Shown here: positions 11,901-22,285 of the stretch, one piece after another | How positions within the stretch are numbered: position 1 is the first letter of the stretch | Layout: each line of letters begins with the position of its first letter | DNA from: Scyliorhinus canicula | Taxonomy: Eukaryota | Length of the DNA stretch: 44,174 nucleotides | Assembly: GCF_902713615.1 (NCBI RefSeq) | Contig: NC_052158.1 | Coordinates: 23,948,372 to 23,992,545 of the forward strand | Direction of reading: 5' to 3' | Notes under the pieces: generated by a model | Database searches by the model: none | The model's input: only the letters and a program-made list of their open reading frames with translations | What the model was told of the DNA's origin: nothing | Program-made: the position numbers and the translations under genes

Positions 11901-13003
11901 CTGTGTGGAGTCTGCACGTCCTCCCTGTGTGTGCGTGGGTTTCCTCCGGGTGCTCCGGTTTCCTCCCACAGTCCAAAGATGTGCGGGTTAGGTGGATTGG
12001 CCATGCTAAATTGCCCGTAGTGTAAGGTTAATGGGGGGATTGTTGGGTTACGGGTATACGGGTTACGTGGGTTTACGTAGGGTGATCATTGCTCGGCACA
12101 ACATCGAGGGCCGAAGGGCCTGTACTGTTCTATGTCTATGTCTCTACGTGCTATCCTCCAGGAGATTCTCTCCATTTTGAGCCGCCGGCTTGCGGTATCT
12201 ATGGTGGCGATGATGTGGAGATGCCGGCGTTGTACTGGGGTGAGATCAGCAAGAAGTCTTACAACACCAGGTTAAAGTCCAAGAGGTGTGTTTCAAACAC
12301 CAGATTTCGGAGCACTGCTCTTTCCTCAGGCGAATGAAGAGCTATGTTCCAGAAACACATATATATATATAGACAAATTCAAACATGCAGGACAATGCTT
12401 AGAATGCTGGCATTTGCAGATGATTACGTCTTCACAGATCCAGAGATAGGGGTAACCTCAGGATAAAGAGGTGGGAATTGTCTCAAGCCAGGACAGTTGG
12501 TAGGATTTAGCAAGCCCAGGCCAGATGGTGGGGGATAAATGTAATGCCACATAAATCCCAGGTCCCAGTTGAGGCAGCACTCATGTGTGCTGAACTTGGC
12601 TCTAAGTTTCTGCTCGGCGATGCTGTGTTGTCATGCGTCCTGACGTCTGCATTGGAGAACGCCTACCCGGAAACCAGAGGCTGAATGCCCTTGACTGCTG
12701 AAGTGTTCTCCCACTGCAAGGTAACATTCCTGCCTGGTGATTGTTGCATGATGTCCAGTCATTCGATGTTGCAGCGTCTGCATCGTCGCGCCAATGTACC
12801 ACACTTCAGGACATCCTTTCCTGCAGAGTATGAGGTAGACAACGTTGGCAGAGTCGTACACGTATGTACTGCGTCCCGGGTGGTGTTCTCACGTGTAACT
12901 GTGTTATCCATGTCGATGATCTGGCACGTCTTCCAGAGATTGCAATCGCAGGGTTGTTTGGTGTCGTGATGCTGTTCTGAAGGCTCGGTAGTTTGCTACA
13001 AAC
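8971..13003 (-). mobile_element. Penelope-like element (RT + GIY-YIG, Neptune-like), near full length, decayed, with upstream direct pseudo-LTR
   Basis: RT motifs in ORF 9890-10654 (VTMDVSALY, QTHGTAVGSK, RYIDDIIFLW), INPADKGRATVILNR in 10661-11146, EFLSRGLHFC in 11241-11828. GIY-YIG (NVVYLILCRKGCPEVWYIG) at 12631-12861 is a direct repeat of about 8985-9470, i.e. a pLTR at about 12247-13003. Confidence 0.95.
11821..12140 (+). mobile_element. HE1-type V-SINE inserted in the Penelope ORF
   Basis: tRNA head GGTAGCATGGTGGTTAGCA...GGTTGGATTCCCGGC, V-domain GGGTGCTCCGGTTTCCTCCCACAGTCCAAAGATGTGCGGGTTAGG, CR1-like tail ending in TCTATG repeats. Confidence 0.95.
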
Positions 13004-13245
13004 TGGAAGGAGTGTTTTGGGCCTGGGATGTTAATTATGGAAGTAATAAAGCGGCTGGTGTTACTCCTGCGATTGCATGGGAAGATGACATGTATGATGG
13101 GACAGGAGTTGTGTATGGTGGAGGAGTGGACTATAATATCTCGGAGGGAACGGTCTTTGCCGAATGCTGACAGAGGGAGTGAAGAGAAGATGTGTTTGCT
13201 GGTGACATCACGCTGGAGTTGGCAAAAATGGCGGAGGATTATGTT
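13004..13245 (-). mobile_element. Fragment of a second Penelope family (RT-to-endonuclease linker)
   Basis: Translation LQRDVTSKHIFSSLPLSAFGKDRSLRDIIVHSS...FPCNRR...IPGPKHSFQ resembles a PLE linker but does not match the DNA of the adjacent element. Confidence 0.75.
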
Positions 13246-13653
13246 TTGCATAAAGTGGGGCGAAATACAATTATAATCCATTATAATCCAATCCACTTGG
13301 TAGTCATTCTCATTTTGAGTGTGCAATAATTAGCAGCGTACATGACCAAATCGTTTTCTTGCTGCTTAATGGAATGATGTTATGCTCTTTGGAAAATAGA
13401 CGAAGCTCTCTAGACATCAACGAAAATAAAAATTATGCTTTCTGAGGTGAGATACGGTGTGATTTTAATGTCACCAACACTGAATATTCTCCAATACCCA
13501 GAGTCTAATTTCATCGTGCAAGATGGTAGATATGTTATTCTGCATGCCACATGTTATAGATCGATTCTGTGCAGCTTGAATTTTCTCCAACACCAGAGAC
13601 AGCTCATGGCTTTGAAGGTATCCTACAAATGTATGCACTTTTCACTTTTCCAG

Positions 13654-13787
13654 GCTTCACCGTGGCAGCTCGCAGCACGTTCCCCATTCTTCCCATGGTC
13701 GTCAACGGACGCACTGTCAGGGACGAGCTGATATATAGCGCACTGCGGAAGCGAAACATATCGCCAGATGCAACCAAGCAGCATTAG
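13654..13787 (+). CDS. Candidate terminal exon with ITIM (LIYSAL)
   Basis: Acceptor cttttcacttttccag. Phase-1 translation (x)FTVAARSTFPILPMVVNGRTVRDELIYSALRKRNISPDATKQH*. Locally GC/CpG-rich; AATAAA at 13799-13804. Confidence 0.42.
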
Positions 13788-13949
13788 GAAGTATTATTAA
13801 TAAAGTTTTGAGAATAGACTTAGAAAATATGGTGTAGTAAAAAGGTAAGAATTCGTTACGGGAACTGAAATACTGTTTTACGAATACATTGGATATTTTG
13901 AAAATGAAACTGGTGGGGTAGAAGTAGTGAGGCCAGTAGATTCTGAATC

Positions 13950-14990
13950 CATTCAAATCGAAAAGTAGTTCGATTAATTGTCACATGTAGCAGAGTTTCT
14001 GAGGCTGCATGCGATTACAATATCAGATTGGTTTCAGATTAACTCACGCAGAAAAGGGAGGCTCTGCATATATATTTTTCACGGAGACAGGCTGTGACAT
14101 TTGATGTGCCGCAGTGACGATTGTTCCTTACAATTCATGTGAATGGCGTCACTAAGGCGACAAATGAGCATCAGCTTCAGGATCATATGAACTTTTGTTT
14201 GGAATGGTAAACAGTGGCGAGGCTGCAAGAATGGGCTGACAGTGATAGACAGTCCGCAGCAAGATGTTCGATGGAAATCATGTGGGGAACTGCACAGATA
14301 TTTATTTTTGTCCTAAGAATAATCAATGGATAATTTTCAAAGTTCTTCAATTTCCAAATGTTGACGTACATGCAGACTTGGCTGTCCAAACAACTATAAT
14401 ACAGGAACAGTTGAGAAGACAAGTTATATGACATTTCTTAAGCCAGGGGATCAAAGAGCAAGAATAATGCTGCAAATGCAAATCTTCTCAAGATTATGGT
14501 TTGGCCCGATACTAAAGATTGTCTCACTTGCAGTCGCCATATTTGAATAAAGCCACTGTTGCCTTGTAAAGCATAATAGTTAATACGTTGATACTTGACA
14601 TAACGTGCGTGTGCATAACGAAGCTGGGAAAATGCCTATATTCTCCGGATTTCAGTGCAATGTGAGGAGATCCCATTGAAATGGTGATTAATAATCAATT
14701 TTGATAGGGCCCACATTAATAGATTGTCTCCAATGGCAGAGAACTGAAATACGGAAGCAAGTTTTCTCCAGACATGTATGCAAATAAATGTCTTAATCCG
14801 AAGTATGTTGTACCCCTAATGCGAAGTTTGTGAATGCTGCATCTATTCATATAGCGAAGACGGATACAGACAACAATTTGGATCAGTGAATCATGGGATA
14901 AGGACATGACTTAAAAATGTAGTCCAAGGCCAAAATCATCATGGTCATTCTAAATGACAGAGCAGGCTTATCCACTGTTTAGTCTACCCG
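13950..14990 (+). mobile_element. Very old CR1 LINE 3' remnant
   Basis: Scattered RT C-terminal-like motifs (GAATGGGCTGAC, CCAGGGGATCAAAGAGCAAG, GGTTTGGCCC) ending in a CR1 3'UTR-like CATGGTCATTCTAAATGACAGAGCAGGCTT. Pattern recognition only. Confidence 0.55.
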
Positions 14991-15815
14991 GTTAGCTGTC
15001 GTGAAATGTATTTCATTATTGCGATGATTTTCCATCCAATTTCAGTGCTGATCAATTGGAAAAGCACAGTGAATCACATTCAACTCTTTGGAATTTGATT
15101 TCAAATTTCTTCTCCAAGAGGCGAATTGTTTTTTGTTAGTCATGGTAAAGACAACACCCAATTGCATCTTTCCCGCTGAGCAAAACCAGTGAAATCAATA
15201 TGACCAGGGCCGGTTCCGAGGCCAGCGAATTTTTTTCCCGACTTTTCCTGCACCGCCATTCCACGGCCCCATGCTCAACTACCGCGTCACATTCCCTAGT
15301 GGCAGAATGCCCTGGACTAGTGCGTGGTGTCAATCTCATCGCTACGAGATCCAGAGACACAACGCAAGTAAAATGTGATGTAATTTTAAAGCATCTGTGC
15401 AACATGACTGAACTGGCTAAACTGCAGTCCCCAGGTTTGTAAATATAACAAAAATAACCGTTATAAATAAACTGGCATACGATTAAAATTATTAACCCGG
15501 CTACCTCAAGCTCCACTCCCCAACGATTCCCACTCTTTACACACCAACGTGAGCAAAATATTAGGGAGGGTGGTGGAGATAGAAGATCAATGATGATAAG
15601 GAAAAACGTAGAAAAGACCTGCGTTGTACTCTGGTGGTATTCAGTTAACGTACTTCAGGATTTCAAGCTTTCGCTTCGGCGTCTGTTCCTTCTAATCGTC
15701 AGAGCTTTGTCTGACAAGGATGACGATGTTCTTTGTAGATTTAGGATAAAGTATAGAGTAAAAAATGTGCAAGAACGCCATTGACTTTAGAACAATAAAA
15801 CAGTTTTTACTTCAG

Positions 15816-15827
15816 TAGAGCGAGGCA
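15816..15827 (+). CDS. Candidate 12-nt phase-1 microexon, (x)ERG
   Basis: Acceptor tttttacttcag, donor GCA|gtgagt. Confidence 0.25.
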
Positions 15828-16234
15828 GTGAGTTATTCCTTCATTTCATGCCTAATCAGTCCAGATCAGCACTCTCAGAAGTACCTTGAAGGAACCATTG
15901 ACTGCCTGCTGTTAGTCAGACCATTGCCCCTGGCCAACCCATAGTTTACCCGCCAACCAATCGAACAGACGTCCTCCACAGCTGATTTTTAAGATTCACT
16001 CGGCGCAGACAAGTCTGATTTCTGGTCTCCAAAACACAAATCTTTGAAGAGACTGTCCAATCTAGCAGGCTGACTCAGCTGAAGTCCACTGCATAAAGGT
16101 GCATTTCGATAATGCGTTCACGGAAGAAACACACTAAAGGCAAACAAAATTAATGGGAATAAAGCAAGCACCAATAACATTTCGAGACCCATACCATCAG
16201 GAGGTCATTTCTTGGTTCTCGAACATTTAGCCTA

Positions 16235-16551
16235 ATAGAATTCCGAAAGTGTCCATTCAGCTACTCGAATCTACATCATTCCTCAAAAAGAGAATCGGAG
16301 ATAGGCCCCCTCACCCGCCCTGCCGGATAACTTGACAACCCCTATCTAACTTTTCGGACACTGAAGGACATTTAATAATAGCCAATGCACCTAACCTGCA
16401 CATCTTTGGACAGTGGGAAGAAACAAAAACCAGAGGAAACCCAGGCAGACTGGGGGGAAAACGGTGCGAAATCGAAACAAATATTCACCCTTTGCTGGAA
16501 TCGAACCACGTTACCCTGGAGCTATGAAGCCGCAGTGCCACCATTCTGCTC
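16235..16551 (-). mobile_element. Degenerate HE1-type SINE
   Basis: GCCAATGCACCTAACCTGCACATCTTTGGACAGTGGGAAGAAAC is the reverse complement of the V-domain. Confidence 0.85.
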
Positions 16552-16563
16552 CAATATGTCAAG

Positions 16564-16669
16564 GCAAAACACTGTCGGACCTTTTTGTTTGCCTCGCAGT
16601 TCTGCTGTTTGGAGCGGCTGGAGTGGAACGTGGTGGTCCATTCTAGGGAAAGATGGCAAAAGAACCGCT
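16564..16669 (+). pseudogene. Candidate transmembrane-type exon, apparently frameshifted
   Basis: Hydrophobic LFVCLAVLLFGAAGV, then after a 1-nt shift VVVHSRERWQKNR ending at a phase-1 donor GCT|gtaagt (16670). An alternative acceptor at 16599 gives a 70-nt exon. Confidence 0.3.
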
Positions 16670-16694
16670 GTAAGTCATGTTTCTGTTGCCGAAC

Positions 16695-16917
16695 TTTTGT
16701 TTTTAAATTTCGAGCACTCAATTATATGTGTTTTCAATTAATGGCGAATTTAGTGTGGTGAATAGACGTAACCTGTGTGTCATGGGGTTGTGGGCTTGAA
16801 ATCCACGCAGATGTCGGGAGACTGGAAACTCCATACAGACAGTGACTGAGACCGGGATGGAAGCCGGGTGCTCAGCGCCGATTGCAGCAGTCCTATCCAC
16901 TGCACAACGGTACCCCC
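16695..16917 (-). mobile_element. Degenerate poly(A)-type V-SINE
   Basis: T-rich start and GGAAACTCCATACAGACAGTGAC; similar to the reverse complement of 1567-1799. Confidence 0.8.
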
Positions 16918-17029
16918 TAATTGTTGACTGAAGTTAAATAATTGCTGAGTGAAGTTTGGAATATTTATGTTCAACAATTTAGTAATACGCTAATGCTTCA
17001 CTGGAACAATTCGATTCATTTTTTCTCAG

Positions 17030-17047
17030 GTAAATCAAAGGATTGTG
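17030..17047 (+). CDS. Candidate 18-nt phase-1 microexon, (x)KSKDC
   Basis: Acceptor ttcattttttctcag, donor GTG|gtaaga. Confidence 0.4.
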
Positions 17048-17168
17048 GTAAGATCAGTTTAATGGGAATGCATTATTTTTCTTACGTTTTGGAGGTTAAT
17101 GCATGTGCGACATGTTGAAAAAATATTTATCATATCTTTATTTCCACCACCCCTTCAAATTATTTCAG

Positions 17169-17195
17169 GTAAAGAACTAGATGCAAGCACAGCAG
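17169..17195 (+). CDS. Candidate 27-nt phase-1 microexon, (G)KELDASTA
   Basis: Acceptor ttatttcag after a pyrimidine-rich stretch. Donor is non-canonical CAG|gcacgt (GC donor or decayed GT). Open only in phase 1. Confidence 0.3.
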
Positions 17196-18230
17196 GCACG
17201 TAATGCTAAAGTTATGCACATTTCAATATAGACCATTTTCGGGAATAGGTAGCAATATTGAGCGATCGCAGAGGGATTCTTGTTTTTCTGGGCAGAGCCA
17301 ATCATTATAAGTCAGCCATTCGACATTGATGAGTACAGTAAATTCACAGTATGCCAAATAGTGTTTAATTTTTAAGAGATGGGGTGGAGATAAAAATGCT
17401 TCAAAAATGATTTAGACTTGAATCTCCTACAAACTGTTCAGCAAGCAATGTTTTCTGCTCACAAAATCTGACACCAGTTATCATAAAAAGATCAGCGACA
17501 TACAAAATTTGAGTTGTGTCTTCTCCGCATTTGCAAATGATAAATACTGAGAAATCTATTTTGGTTAGAGCTCTAGGAAATCAATAATTGTACCCTGCGT
17601 CTATTTATTATATTTTCTACACCACATACATGTGAATTATTTAATCATTTTTGAACCTTAATTTTTTTCTTATAAATTAAAGCAAAAAATACCAAATAGC
17701 AACTTTTTTTTCTTCTCTGTATGTGTGATATTCTAAGTAGCAGTAGCCTTATGCCATTATAGTTCCAGTTTGTAGCAACATTCATATTCATGAGTACATT
17801 TTTCGTTGGGTAAATATTACTTCTTCATCTTATTTTGTGGTTATTTGCAATGGTCCTTTTTTTTGGGTTTGACAGAAGTACGTTGGGGACTCAAGCTACG
17901 CCCATGTTTTTCAATTTGTGGCAATGTTCTCTACTATTGGATGATTGGTGGCACCTACATTGATGTCGTACAACTGTGTAATAACCTATTCAAATACTGA
18001 AACTTCAAAACAGACAAAGGAGAACAAAGATTACGTCGCAAGACAGTTGCATGTGTGGATGATTGGAGTGCTCTGTGGAAATTGAATATATTGTACTGAA
18101 GCTGCAGAAACTGAAGGGAAAAAAACAATTTAGAAAAAGCCTCTTGCTTTATGTAAATTTGCAAGCAATTGGATATAAATTTGGTCACAATAAAACTTAT
18201 GATTACCTACAAGTTCTCTTGGCTTTTCAG

Positions 18231-18266
18231 AAGTGGAATCTCTCAAAAGAGCTCTAACGAATGCAG
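18231..18266 (+). CDS. Candidate 36-nt phase-1 microexon, (E)VESLKRALTNA, helical/coiled-coil-like
   Basis: Strong acceptor ttctcttggcttttcag and consensus donor CAG|gtaagt. Confidence 0.5.
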
Positions 18267-18935
18267 GTAAGTCGGCGCAATTATATGACTATGCCTTTTT
18301 AATGCCTGATTGAAAGAAACATTGGTGAAAAGAGGCATTTCCCATGAAGACATTAATCATACGCATCGCAATCGATGGATGTAACTTTGTTTCTCAGAAA
18401 GCTCTGTGTGACGCCACAACATCTTATTACTGAGCTCGTTGAAAGACAAAGAGGTACAAATGACAGAATGTACAAGTTGTTCAAAACGGTGATTCGCACA
18501 TCTAACGTCTGATGTATGATGCTGATAGCGACCCGTCAGTCAGAGGCAATACTACTTCAAATTGTAGCTTTGACAGTGTATTTGTGTTGAAGCTGTCGCT
18601 TGCAACAATGTGCTCATTTTGAATTTTGGTTGACTCGTGAGCAAACCTTGCCGATGGACACATACCTAGCAACAATGTAAGTCTCTTCAAATGGTTTCGG
18701 TGAAAGTATTTCCCTAAACCCATTCTTGGCCAAATAAATAAATATCTTTATACCGCGCTTTTTGATCAAGTAACGTAAAGTTGTCAGATGGACCTTGGGC
18801 TTTAAATGCAAAACACCTCGAATGCAGTTCCACTTTAGGTTAATTTTTTGTTGGGAAGCACAAATAATCTTCAACGTTGCTGAGAAGCTGAGTTGTGAGC
18901 AAGTGCTATTGCATGGCATCCGTAATGCGTATTAC

Positions 18936-19885
18936 ATATAAGACCTTAAGACGATAAGACATAGGAGCAGTATTGTGCCACTCGACCCATGGAGTCTGCT
19001 CCGCCATTCAATCATGTGTGATACTTTCTCATCACCATTATCATGCCTTCTCCCCATCACCAACGATTGCCTTATTACTCAAGAACCTATCTATATATGT
19101 CTTAAAGAGACTCTGATATGGCGTTCACAGCCTGCTGCGGAAAAAGGTTCCAGAGAATCACCACCCTCTGGCTGAAGGAATTCCACCCCAACTGTTTTAA
19201 TGTAACGTCCATTTAGCCAGAGTGTGTCCTCTGGTTCTAGTTGTTCCGATAAGTGGAAACATGCTCTCCACGTTCACTCTATCCAGACCACGAGGCATCC
19301 TGTAATTTTCAATATGATCCACCCCTCACACTTCTAAACTCTAAAGAGTACAGATGCAGAGTCCGTTCTTCATATGACAATCTCGTCATTCCAGCGATCA
19401 TTGTTGTGAACTTCCTCTGGAAGCTTTCCAAGGCCAGCGCAAGGGCCCTTAAATATGGCGCCCAAGACTGCTCACAATACTCTGAATGGGGCCTGACCAG
19501 AGCCTTATACAGACTCATAAGTACATTCTGTGTCTTATATTCTAGCATTCTTGAGATGAATGCTCACATTGCGTTTGCCTTCTTATCTGCAGACCGAACC
19601 TGCAGATTTACCTTAACAGAATCGTGAACAATGACTCCCAAGTCCCTTTGTGTTTCCCGATTTCGAAAATTGGGTATGCCTAAATCACTCCTTCCAAAGT
19701 GCATAACCTCACACTTTTCAACATGGTATTTCATTCGCGACTTCATTGACAACTCTCATAGCTTTTCAAAATCCTCTGCAGCCCCCTTGCCTCCTCAATA
19801 CTACCTGTCCCTCTACAGATCTTTGTATCATCTGCAAACTTAGCAACAGTGCCTTTAGTTCATTCTTCCAGATCATTAATGTATA
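18936..19885 (-). mobile_element. 5'-truncated CR1 LINE
   Basis: ORFs 19309-19548 (LYKALVRPHSEYCEQSWAPYL), 19564-19752 (YHVEKCEVMHFG...RDLGVIV). 3' tail of TAAGAC-like repeats near 18936-18965. Confidence 0.93.
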
Positions 19886-19985
19886 TGTTAGGCTTTGACT
19901 GGCATTCTGAGATAACAGATTCAATGTCCTTTGAAAAGTAGTTTTTATATACTCAAAGACATATAACAACTTAAATAATAAATAG

Positions 19986-20219
19986 AGGCAGCACAGTGGT
20001 GCAGTGATAGCACTGTGGTCTCACAGCGCTGAGCTCCCAGATTTCATCCCGGCTCTGGGTCACTGTCCGGGTGGAATTTTTACATTATCCCCGTGTCTGC
20101 GTGGATTTCGACCCCACAATCCAAAGATGTGCAAGGTAGGTGGATTTAAGATGCTTAATTGCCCCTTAATTGGAAATAAATGAATTGTTTCCTCTAAATT
20201 TATAAAAAAGAAAAAAAAA
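19986..20219 (+). mobile_element. Poly(A)-type V-SINE
   Basis: GGCAGCACAGTGGTGCAGTG head; GCCCCTTAATTGGAAATAAATGAATTG...TAAATTTATAAAAAAG tail as in 1567-1799. Confidence 0.9.
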
Positions 20220-20286
20220 GTATTGCTTCTGAAATCTAGCTGTCTTTGTCCATTCAGAGATATGATGCCGGTGCCTTCGATACCTT

Positions 20287-20599
20287 AGAACATAGAACAG
20301 TACAGCACAGAACAGGCCCTTCGGCCCCAGATGTTGTGCCGAGCAATGATCACCCTACTCAAATCCATAGGATACCCGTATCCCAACAACTCCCCCCCTT
20401 AACCTTACTATTAGGACACTACGGGCAATTTGGCATGGCCAATCCACCTAACCCGCACATCTTTGGACTGTGGGAGGAAACCGGAGCACCCGGAGGAAAC
20501 CCACGCACACACGGGGAGGACGTGCAGACTCCACACAGACAGTGACCCAGCCGGGAATCGAACCTGGAGCTGTGAAGCATTGATGCTAACCACCATGCT
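20287..20599 (-). mobile_element. HE1-type V-SINE
   Basis: Near-identical reverse complement of 11821-12140 and 22286-22631. Confidence 0.95.
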
Positions 20600-20777
20600 T
20601 CCAACCTTGTTACTCAACTTCGAATTCAGGGGGTACCACGATAAAGCTCAGAGAAATCCTTCCAGGGTTAAATGTCGCTGTTGTCCCCGTTAAATGTTTT
20701 ATCTTCAATTTCCCAGAATCGCTACTCTCTCCTGGACAACTGCGCTGTTCTGGCAACAATCACACAGAAACGATTAA

Positions 20778-21000
20778 GGTTGCTTCAGGTCAATGGCTAG
20801 ACAACTAGTTTGTGATGTTCACTGAGGATATCAGCCTGGGTTCAAGTTCTGTAACGGGCTGCAGTTATTCATGAAATTGATTTCTTCTCAACCATGCCCC
20901 TGATCTGAAATGTGCTGTCATTCAGGTGAAAACACGACCAGTCAGCTTGTCCCTCATAGGGGACAGTAGCCTCTGGTCACCTGCGACTATACCGACACCG
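20778..21000 (+). mobile_element. Old tRNA-derived SINE of another family
   Basis: A-box-like CAGGTCAATGGCTAGA, B-box-like GGGTTCAAGTTC; head architecture like 8493-8670; tail CAGGTGAAAACACGACCAGTCAGC...GCCTCTGGTCACCTGCGACTAT. Confidence 0.55.
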
Positions 21001-21118
21001 ACTGTGATTTTTTTCTTCAATATTAGTTGAACTTATGGACGCAGCAACTCGTGCAACTGGGTTCAATTTTCACGGCGCCACACATGATTAAATTAATGGT
21101 AGTGACATGTGATGACAT

Positions 21119-21336
21119 CTTTGTAAAACAATGTAGAGTACCCAATTACTTTTTTCCAATTAAGGTGCAATTTAGCGTGTCCAATCTACATATCCTGCGC
21201 ATATTTGGGCTGTGTGGGCGAAACCAAGGCAAACACGGGGACAATGTGCAAACTCGACGTGGACAGTGACCCAGGTGGAACCTGGAACCTCGGTACCGTG
21301 AAGCAGGAGTGCTAACCAGTGCACCACCGTGATGCC
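21119..21336 (-). mobile_element. Poly(A)-type V-SINE
   Basis: TAGAGTACCCAATTACTTTTTTCCAATTAAGGTGCAATTTAGCGTG...AATGTGCAAACTC. Confidence 0.88.
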
Positions 21337-21923
21337 GTATGTTGTAACTTCATGGACCAGTTATGGTAATCGTCTTTCTAGGTATCAACATAAAATGGAT
21401 CGCCGTAGGTGGATAGACACCTAAGCTCTTATTGCCTTGCATAAATCAGATATAGAGATCTTTCCCAGCATTTAATAGCGAGCTTCATGTAAGCATTTCC
21501 GTGCACAAAATATTAGGTCGCCTCGTCTGCTCGAATTTACTTTTTCCATGGAACATTGGAACATGAGGTCCTACGTATACTTTTCCAGGCGAAACGTGAC
21601 AGCTGTAAGTTTAGTCATGTGTTTTCCAGAGGTATTGCGAACAGTACTCTGATCTCCGCAACCATGAAACCTCAGATAGAGCTTTCATAATAAATACATA
21701 ATAATTGCGGATAGAAGTCTACGAACACTGGTATACGCTTTGGGATCTTGCAGTTTCGCCTATGTTTTCTTGCAACGTTGTAAATTGAACCCACAGGATT
21801 TCGTCACTGTCTACACCTTATTATGAATGTGGTGCATGAAAGCTCCATCTGAGGTTTCATGGTTGCGGAGATCAGGGTACTGTTCGCAATACCTCTGGAA
21901 AACACATGACTAAACTTACAGCT

Positions 21924-22115
21924 CAGTAAGAAGTCTTACAACACCAGGTTAAAGTCCAACAGGTTTGTTTCAAACACGAGCTTTCAGAGCACGGCTCCTT
22001 CTTCAGGTGCCGTGCTCTGAAAGCTCGTGTTTGAAACAAACCTGTTGGACTTTAACCTGGTGTTGTAAGACTTCTTACTGTGCTCACCCCAGTCCAACGC
22101 CGGCATCTCCACATC
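21924..22115. mobile_element. Palindromic mini-Penelope (inverted pLTR ends + 35-bp tail) with 12-bp TSD
   Basis: Perfect 72-bp inverted arms 21924-21995 and 22009-22080, tail 22081-22115, homologous to 12212-12335 of the large element. TSD AAACTTACAGCT at 21912-21923 and 22116-22127. Confidence 0.93.
21974..22010 (-). ncRNA. Minimal type I hammerhead ribozyme motif (PLE-type)
   Basis: Minus strand GCAC-CUGAAGA-A-GGAGC-CGU-GCUCU-GAAA-GC-UC-GUGU: CUGANGA and GAAA cores, stem II, AGCU palindrome in place of stem III, 4-bp stem I. A more decayed copy lies at about 12296-12335. Confidence 0.75.
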
Positions 22116-22285
22116 AAACTTACAGCTGTCACGTTTCGCCTGGAAAAGTATACGTAGGACCTCATGTAATCATGGAATAGAATGAGCTACACGTGAAGCT
22201 GGTTGTTTCATGGTACTACGGTGCATTAGCAACGCTGGTGATATTTTCCAATAATAGTATGCTGCCGTCGAACCAAAGGCAGCAA

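Larger units (their letters stand above)
21561..22167. repeat. 128-bp inverted repeat pair (MITE-like element or inverted duplication), right arm interrupted by a mini-Penelope
   Basis: Left arm 21561-21688; right arm 21836-21923 plus 22128-22167; 2 mismatches by eye; spacer 21689-21835. Confidence 0.9.

Noticed and set aside
15136-15516. 126-aa minus ORF with hydrophobic ends
   Set aside because: Non-ATG start, no recognisable motif, overlaps a GC-rich probable repeat fragment.
17790-18110. Minus-strand Ig V-like exon (acceptor at 18111, SVQYIQFPQS...C...TYFCQ)
   Set aside because: Four in-frame stops before the YFC motif and no conserved Trp after the first Cys; likely chance.
18398-18676. 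Further exon candidates 18398-18453 (56 nt) and 18642-18676 (35 nt)
   Set aside because: Each is one base short of a symmetric phase-1 exon and has one weak splice site; not supportable without transcripts.
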